Below, piece by piece: positions 57,855-64,000 of a DNA stretch of 64,000 bases. The translations under genes were made by a program, and so were the position numbers. This stretch comes from a virus. The first letter of the stretch is position 1. Every line of letters begins with the position of its first letter. The notes below the pieces were generated by a model, which saw only the letters and a program-made list of their open reading frames with translations, ran no database searches and had not been told where the DNA came from. The stretch is taken from positions 1 through 64,000 of IMG/VR virus record IMGVR_UViG_3300025810_000004; one strand, written 5' to 3'.

Positions 57855-59012
57855 ATGGAACTCAAGGTCGCTCCTGATTATCTTCTCTCCGCTCTCCGAA
57901 TCGCCAACCTTTGTGTGGGCAAGGGGGGTATTTCTGCTCACTTCCTGTTCCGGGTCAGGGACGGGTCCGCAGAGATCCTCAGCAAGTCCACCAGGACGTT
58001 CTCCGTGTGCCCCGTGACGTGCACCACGGAGGTCGAGGAAGACGAGGACCCGCGATTCACCGTGGAGGCTTGGCGGCTTATCAAGTGGGTCAACACCATC
58101 AACAGCGGGAACAACGCCATCACCCTTTCCCACAAAGACGGTGAGGTCACCGCCAAGTGCGGCAGGAGCAAGGTCAAGTTCCGCAGCCTCGACCCAAACG
58201 GTTTCAGGGGGTGGGACTCCCTCTACCAGCAGGCAGAAGATTGCTGCGAGGTCGACCCCCCGGTTTTCTCCAGAGCCATCGCCGCAGGTCGGATCATGGT
58301 CTCACAGGAAGACACGCTGAAGCCCGAAAACTGCCAGTTGGTGGCTTGGGGCGAATCCCTGGCTGCTACGGACCAGAAGGGCGTGGTGAACGTCGGTTTG
58401 CCGTACGAGGGTCTGAACCTCCGGGTTCCCTTCAAGGACATTTCCACCATCCAGAAGTTCATCGAGGACAAGGACACGGTGGAAAACCCGATCTACATCA
58501 AGGAAGCCAAGAGGGTCAAGGAGGACGGGGGCTCGGAATTCGACTTCTTCGTCAGGCCCGATGGGACCTACATCGGGGTTGCGCGACTCGCCCTTCTTCC
58601 CGCGAAGGTCCTGACTCCTGGCAAGGACCAGAAGTGCCATGCCTACATCAACCTCCACAGTGAGGAATTCCAGACCGGGTTGGCTGTTCTGACTGCTTCG
58701 GCTCCCAAGGGGCACCACACCGCCCACTTCTCCATCAGCGGGGAATCGGTCACCCTTTCCATGCCTTCTGCGGCTGGGGGCAAGGACTCATATCCCATGA
58801 TCCACACCCAGGCGGAAGAGGGTGGTGAGGACCTTGAATTCTTCATCGACTACCACTACTTCATCGACCTGTTCGGGCTCTTCAATGTGTCTGAGCTGAG
58901 GGTGGGGGTGTACAAGGCCGGGGACAAGGGGTATGTCTCTGTGTACCACGATGACTCCGACGACGATGCCAACTCCTATTCCTTCGCTATCGGGTGCCTC
59001 TTTGAGACTTGA
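57855..59012 (+). CDS. dnaN: DNA polymerase III beta clamp-like protein
   Basis: 385 aa, clamp-like pattern (LAATD..., F.ID..YF.D); replication context. Confidence 0.6.
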   Translation: MELKVAPDYLLSALRIANLCVGKGGISAHFLFRVRDGSAEILSKSTRTFSVCPVTCTTEVEEDEDPRFTVEAWRLIKWVNTINSGNNAITLSHKDGEVTAKCGRSKVKFRSLDPNGFRGWDSLYQQAEDCCEVDPPVFSRAIAAGRIMVSQEDTLKPENCQLVAWGESLAATDQKGVVNVGLPYEGLNLRVPFKDISTIQKFIEDKDTVENPIYIKEAKRVKEDGGSEFDFFVRPDGTYIGVARLALLPAKVLTPGKDQKCHAYINLHSEEFQTGLAVLTASAPKGHHTAHFSISGESVTLSMPSAAGGKDSYPMIHTQAEEGGEDLEFFIDYHYFIDLFGLFNVSELRVGVYKAGDKGYVSVYHDDSDDDANSYSFAIGCLFET

Positions 59013-59631
59013 GGAAATCAAGTCGAGGTATCTGCAGCTGGACACCCTCCGGAGTTCCTGTGCCAGCACCTTGGCTTCCACTGAGGCCAAGGTCATAAAG
59101 CTGGAAGGGGAGTCGGAGATTCTGGCGCGGGTTTCCGACCTGTTCCGGGTGCTGATAGACAAAGAGGTCATAAACAACGTCAGGGCGGTTGAAAGCCTCC
59201 TGACGGAGGGCCTGCAGGCTGTGTTTGACGACCTGGACCTGTCTGTGTCTTCCGAGATCTCTGTCAAACGGGGGAAGGTTTCAGTTGAACTCTCCACCGT
59301 TCAGAAGCTCCCAGATGGCACCGTGACCGAGGGGTCTTGCATCGACTCGTGTGGGGGCTCAATCGCGACTGTAGAATCCGTTCTGCTTCGGATAGTCGTG
59401 GTGAACCGCAGGAACATGCGCCCACTTCTCCTTCTGGACGAGTCGCTTGCTGCTGTGTCTGAACACTATGTGCCTCGTGTGGGTACTTTTCTATCACTGC
59501 TATGCGACCGATTGGGGATGGACATACTTAGTGTGACCCACAACCCCGCGTTGGTTGAGGCGGCAGACACGGCCTACAGGATCAAGAATTCCGGGGGTCG
59601 AGCTACCTTCAGGAAGTTGGGCAACGGATGA
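59002..59631 (+). CDS. Rad50/SbcC-like ATPase, C-terminal half (start uncertain)
   Basis: Signature-like SCGG, Walker B LLLLDES, H-loop VTH, AD..YRI. Confidence 0.8.
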   Translation: MRLEEIKSRYLQLDTLRSSCASTLASTEAKVIKLEGESEILARVSDLFRVLIDKEVINNVRAVESLLTEGLQAVFDDLDLSVSSEISVKRGKVSVELSTVQKLPDGTVTEGSCIDSCGGSIATVESVLLRIVVVNRRNMRPLLLLDESLAAVSEHYVPRVGTFLSLLCDRLGMDILSVTHNPALVEAADTAYRIKNSGGRATFRKLGNG

Positions 59632-60128
59632 AGACAGAAGGCGAAATCAGACGCAAACTTCAGCAGGCGCAGTATCGCCATGTGAAGAAGATTCTGCGTA
59701 CCAAATTTCGCCACCTCGGTGACGGCGAGTGGCCCTCCAACGAAGTGGAGAGCATCAAGTCGGACTACAAGGAGTTCTTTTCTGTCTCCCCCACCCACGT
59801 CATAGCTCAACAGTTCCCAGACGTGGCCGCTCTGATGTGGGTATTGGAGGCACAGCCCGACCAGCCCCTCATGCCCAACGGCTCCCTCGTGGGTCGTATG
59901 GGTGGGGTCATGCTTTGGGCAGACTCCGAAGAGGACGCGGACTTGGCCCGGTCCATGATCGACAAGATCGTGGAAGCCGCCACACGCGAGCCTGACCCCC
60001 CGGAACCCAAGACCACCGAGACCAACTGGGGTCGGGCACATACTGAGAGCGGCACCAGCGTGGTTCCTGTGAGTGAGACGGGTCTGGAGCCCGTGAAGAA
60101 GTCGTGGTGGCATAGGTTGTTCGGATGA
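59628..60128 (+). CDS. Hypothetical protein
   Basis: Overlaps both neighbours; C-terminal amphipathic KKSWWHRLFG. Confidence 0.6.
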   Translation: MKTEGEIRRKLQQAQYRHVKKILRTKFRHLGDGEWPSNEVESIKSDYKEFFSVSPTHVIAQQFPDVAALMWVLEAQPDQPLMPNGSLVGRMGGVMLWADSEEDADLARSMIDKIVEAATREPDPPEPKTTETNWGRAHTESGTSVVPVSETGLEPVKKSWWHRLFG

Positions 60129-60646
60129 ATTCTAACCTCTTGGTGGTCGTTCCCCTCCACCACAAGAAGACCCCTATCATGCTCGACCGGGTTCCTGCTC
60201 CTGCTGGCCCCGATGCAGGGCCATTTCTGGTTTCCTCCAGTCGGTCCCTTATGTGGGTGTCCAGAGCTTTCGAAGGTGGCTTCCTCCGTCTCGCCATCAG
60301 AAACACCGACACCGACACCCTGTATAGAGAGATAGTGGAGTCGGTCGCTCAGGAGGGACTGGAAAAGGGCTGGGGGAACGTTCAGCCCCCCACCAAGGAA
60401 GGTGTGCTGGAGGGCATGAACCACCTCTCCTATTATGGATTTTCCGAGTTCACCCTCCTGTACGGGGAAGACTTTGATATAGGCTTGTGCCCCAACATGA
60501 ACAGGTCCCCGGCCTCGTGGCTCCCAAGCTCCTGGGCGGTCATGGTACCAGACCGAGAATACGTCGGGGTGGTCTACAAGTTCGACGGGGGGAAGGTCGG
60601 GACCTTGGTCCACAACCCCTCACGAGGGATCGTGGTGATAAAGTGA
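60125..60646 (+). CDS. Hypothetical protein
   Basis: ATGA overlap with the upstream gene. Confidence 0.6.
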   Translation: MNSNLLVVVPLHHKKTPIMLDRVPAPAGPDAGPFLVSSSRSLMWVSRAFEGGFLRLAIRNTDTDTLYREIVESVAQEGLEKGWGNVQPPTKEGVLEGMNHLSYYGFSEFTLLYGEDFDIGLCPNMNRSPASWLPSSWAVMVPDREYVGVVYKFDGGKVGTLVHNPSRGIVVIK

Positions 60647-60879
60647 TCCCTCCTGTTGTTCTGTCGGTATTTTCTGATTTTCCCCACGTCCAGACTGTGG
60701 TTTGGGACGGAGAAGTTGAGGTCAACGGGTCCAAAGTGGGGAACCCAGAAATCTTTGAACCATTGTGGGACTTCTTTGTCGAAACTCCGCACGTTCGTTA
60801 TGACCGTGCGGAGGTAAGCGCCGAATCCCCGACTGGTATACTCCCCAACCCCCTAACAACCTTAGGATCAGACTCATGA
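60643..60879 (+). CDS. Small hypothetical protein
   Basis: GTGA and ATGA overlaps on the two sides. Confidence 0.5.
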   Translation: MIPPVVLSVFSDFPHVQTVVWDGEVEVNGSKVGNPEIFEPLWDFFVETPHVRYDRAEVSAESPTGILPNPLTTLGSDS

Positions 60880-61955
60880 GTGGTAGAAAGAGAGAAGTGG
60901 TTGCTGTCATTGGCGCACAATTCGGCAGTGAGGGCAAGGGCAAGGTCGTTGACTGCCTTGTCAAGAACATGGACGGTGGAAACGGGTTCGACGTTGCCGT
61001 TCGGACTGGTGGTCCCAACGCTGGGCACACCTTCTACACCAAGGACGGCAAGGCGTGGGTCATGCAGTCCATCCCGTGTGCTTGGGAAGACCCCACCACC
61101 AAGCTCGTCATCGGTGCGGGTGCTCTGTTCGACCCGGAGCAGATCAACGCAGAGATCGACCGCATCGAGGCCGAATACGGTGAGGGCTACATCACCAACC
61201 GCCTCTACGTTGATCCCAACGCTGCCGTCATCGCTCAGGACCACCGCGACTTCGAGGGCGGCACCAAGGGTGACGCCCACGCCAAGATCGGCTCCACGGG
61301 CAAGGGGGTTGGTATCGCTCGCGCTGTCCATATCGCTCGTGGGCTCGGCTGGCACGGCGAACTCTCCACTGGCACCGTCGCTTCCCGTGGGCTGAAGGGT
61401 CGCTGGATCGAGGCCGACACCGTTGAGATCATCCAGCAGGGCGACCGCATCCTGCTGGAGGGCACCCAGGGTGCTGGTCTCTCGCTTCTCCACGGTCCTT
61501 GGCCGAAGACCACCAGCGCCGACATTGGTGTCGCCTCCATGATGTCCGAGGCCGGTGTCCCCCCCGGTGACCGCCCCGTGGTCGTCTGGTACGCCACCCG
61601 CACTATGCCGATCCGCGTCGCTGGTCCCTCCGGTCCTCTCCCCGGCGAAATGACCTGGGAAGAGGTGTCCAAGTCCGCAGGCCGCGTGGTCATCGAGCGC
61701 ACCACCGTGACCAAGAAGGTCCGCCGCATCGGTCGCTTCGATATGAAGGAGTTCAAGCGCTCTGTGGCCCGCAATGGTGCGGGCAAGGTGCTTTTGACCT
61801 TCTGCGACTACCTCGACGGCGGCAAGCCCGTCAATGAGGACGGATCCCTCGCTCCCGAGACTCAGGCTCTCGTGGACGAGATCAATGGGGTGTCCGGGAT
61901 CACTGTCGCCGGTATCAGCATTGGGCCGAAGGCCAGCGAAACCATCCTCTTTTAG
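60876..61955 (+). CDS. purZ0: PurA-family synthetase with PurZ0 signature (putative GTP-dependent 2-aminodeoxyadenylosuccinate synthetase)
   Basis: QFGSEGKGK (Ser where PurA has Asp), GGPNAGHT, EGTQG, RTMPIRVAG.SG, ERTTVTKKVRR, TFCDY; short 359-aa form. Confidence 0.8.
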   Translation: MSGRKREVVAVIGAQFGSEGKGKVVDCLVKNMDGGNGFDVAVRTGGPNAGHTFYTKDGKAWVMQSIPCAWEDPTTKLVIGAGALFDPEQINAEIDRIEAEYGEGYITNRLYVDPNAAVIAQDHRDFEGGTKGDAHAKIGSTGKGVGIARAVHIARGLGWHGELSTGTVASRGLKGRWIEADTVEIIQQGDRILLEGTQGAGLSLLHGPWPKTTSADIGVASMMSEAGVPPGDRPVVVWYATRTMPIRVAGPSGPLPGEMTWEEVSKSAGRVVIERTTVTKKVRRIGRFDMKEFKRSVARNGAGKVLLTFCDYLDGGKPVNEDGSLAPETQALVDEINGVSGITVAGISIGPKASETILF

Positions 61956-61972
61956 AACGGAGAACAGACGAA

Positions 61973-62701
61973 ATGTCTGATGAAAACACCCGCCAGTTCC
62001 TTGCAGGGGTCAAAGATCGAATTGACGAAGCCTTTGCGGTCATGACCGAGAAGGCAGAACTTCGTGGTACTTCCAATCTTGACGACCAGGGAGTCCACGG
62101 TGTCTTGGGTCGCATGATCCACGACAAGGGTGTTCGCATCAGACGCTGGCTGGAGACTGGTGAAGAGGACTTCGAAGCTGTCCGCGACGACGTTCTCGAC
62201 ACCATCAACTACGCCGCCATCGCGTTGTTCATGGGTGACACCAATCGAGGGGCTGGTCCCGGTCCCTCGATTGGCAATCCCCTCGTCACCCACGGCGAGT
62301 TCGAAAGAGCCCACGAAACCGACGCTGGCTGGGACGTGTACACCAGCGAAGACGTCGTGGTTCCTCCCCACACCCACTCCAACGTTCCCAGCGGCACCCG
62401 CATGGTCCCGCCCCCCGGAACGTGGCTGTTCCTCGTGGGGCGCAGCAGCACGTGGTCGAAGCACAAGCTGATGGTCATTCCCGGTGTCATCGACGCCGGG
62501 TACTCCGGTGAGCTGTTCGCCATGGTCCACAACCCCACCGACCAGCCCGTCACCCTCCCCAAGGGGTCGCGGGTCGTGCAGGCCATCCCCATCCCCATCC
62601 CGGCTCTCAAGGTCGTGGCTGGCTCGATGGAGGACGTTCATGCTGCCGCTGAGCGGTACGGAGACCGTGGCTCCAAGGGGTTTGGTTCCTCAGGAACCTG
62701 A
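61973..62701 (+). CDS. Fusion of a DUF1599/Nmad1-like helical domain and a trimeric dUTPase
   Basis: N-part K...G...G...R..DK..R...D...D.INYA; C-part dUTPase motifs DAGWD, GRSS, GVIDAGY.GE, Q, RG..GFGSSG. Confidence 0.8.
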   Translation: MSDENTRQFLAGVKDRIDEAFAVMTEKAELRGTSNLDDQGVHGVLGRMIHDKGVRIRRWLETGEEDFEAVRDDVLDTINYAAIALFMGDTNRGAGPGPSIGNPLVTHGEFERAHETDAGWDVYTSEDVVVPPHTHSNVPSGTRMVPPPGTWLFLVGRSSTWSKHKLMVIPGVIDAGYSGELFAMVHNPTDQPVTLPKGSRVVQAIPIPIPALKVVAGSMEDVHAAAERYGDRGSKGFGSSGT

Positions 62702-62769
62702 ATGACCTTTTCGTTAGGGTTTTTTATAGTCCCGGTTGGGTGTTCTTTCATCCAACCGGAGAAATAAGT

Positions 62770-63369
62770 ATGAAGAATCTCACTGCTTCCGATCGCAAGG
62801 TCCTCATTCGACTCGCTTCTTCGCTCCCGAAGGGAGACAAGTCGCGCAGGACTATCTTGTCTGGTCTCAGCAAAGTCGCAGCCAAGAAGGTCGTTCTTGA
62901 GGGCCTGGACCCCCGCACCCACAAGGAAATACTGGATGCAATTGGCAAGGTGAAGCGGGTCCTTGGGGACTCTGAGTTCGTTGCCTACAACGACATCTGG
63001 TCCGGCAAGTTCCTTGATGAAGCTTCCCCAACCCGCTATGTGGAGAAGGAACAGGAAGAGTACAACCAGTCAGCCGGGTTCGGCTTGATAGGCTCTATCC
63101 TTCCCCTTCTCAGGGGTTCTGCCAGAAAAGAGGTTGAGGAGGCCCTTAGGTCACAGGGTGTTGCTGTTGTCAGCACCAAGAGTGCTCTGGAATTGGCCAA
63201 GAGCGGGCACGAAGGCGGAGGTGGCTGGAGGTGGGAAGACACCACAGCCACCTGGGGAGACTTGTGGAGACTCGTCAAAGGTAAAGCTGTAGACGCTGTG
63301 GCTGTGTCCAAGTTGGTCGGCAAGCTTGAGGACGAGTATGAGGACGAGGACGAAGACGAGGATTGGTAG
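62770..63369 (+). CDS. Probable virion (internal head) protein
   Basis: N-terminal LTASDR..LIRLASSLPKG...RR.IL.GL.K.A leader; motif A at 62712-62729; acidic tail. Confidence 0.5.
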   Translation: MKNLTASDRKVLIRLASSLPKGDKSRRTILSGLSKVAAKKVVLEGLDPRTHKEILDAIGKVKRVLGDSEFVAYNDIWSGKFLDEASPTRYVEKEQEEYNQSAGFGLIGSILPLLRGSARKEVEEALRSQGVAVVSTKSALELAKSGHEGGGGWRWEDTTATWGDLWRLVKGKAVDAVAVSKLVGKLEDEYEDEDEDEDW

Positions 63370-63399
63370 AAGGGGTACGGTATCTCCAACACCCACTAG

Positions 63400-64000
<601 letters not shown>

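Noticed and set aside
31585-60646. Faint resemblance of 31585..32553 (TTQGR) and 60125..60646 (VHNPSRG) to major-capsid-protein segments
   Set aside because: Only a few residues match; cannot be supported without a profile search.
60876-61955. Canonical adenylosuccinate synthetase (purA)
   Set aside because: The catalytic Asp of GDEGKG is Ser, and the PIRV and TTVTK motifs follow PurZ/PurZ0.

Overview
This window reads as a 64-kb segment of a large (jumbo-type) tailed dsDNA phage genome: densely packed genes, no rRNA, tRNA or CRISPR array. From left to right it holds: (1) virion/fibre genes and a tail module with chaperones, tape measure, baseplate hub and spike-like proteins (about 0.5-25 kb); (2) a nucleotide/methylation island with dCMP deaminase, a beta-class DNA methyltransferase split over three genes (one with a LAGLIDADG intein), a SET-domain protein, thymidine kinase and guaA (25-34 kb); (3) a sigma-like gene back-to-back with a probable virion protein, and an RHH-TnpB (IS607-like) element inside a scrambled cytochrome-c lipoprotein gene (34-40 kb); (4) a replication/recombination module with HolB, HolA, NrdJ, RecD2, SSB, RuvC, RecA, split Rad50 plus Mre11, a Cas4-like nuclease and a beta clamp (41-60 kb); (5) a purine cluster at the right end. 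The strongest lead is that cluster. It has a PurA-family gene with PurZ0 signatures (GSEGKG, PIRV, TTVTK, TFxD), followed directly by a DUF1599(Nmad1)-like/dUTPase fusion, and then a CBS-less IMP dehydrogenase. Together with guaA, this suggests a 2-aminoadenine (Z)-type base-modification pathway in a jumbo phage that replicates with Pol III-type accessory factors. Two recurring promoter-like motifs were also read from the intergenic DNA. All family calls come from motif recognition by eye; no database searches were run.
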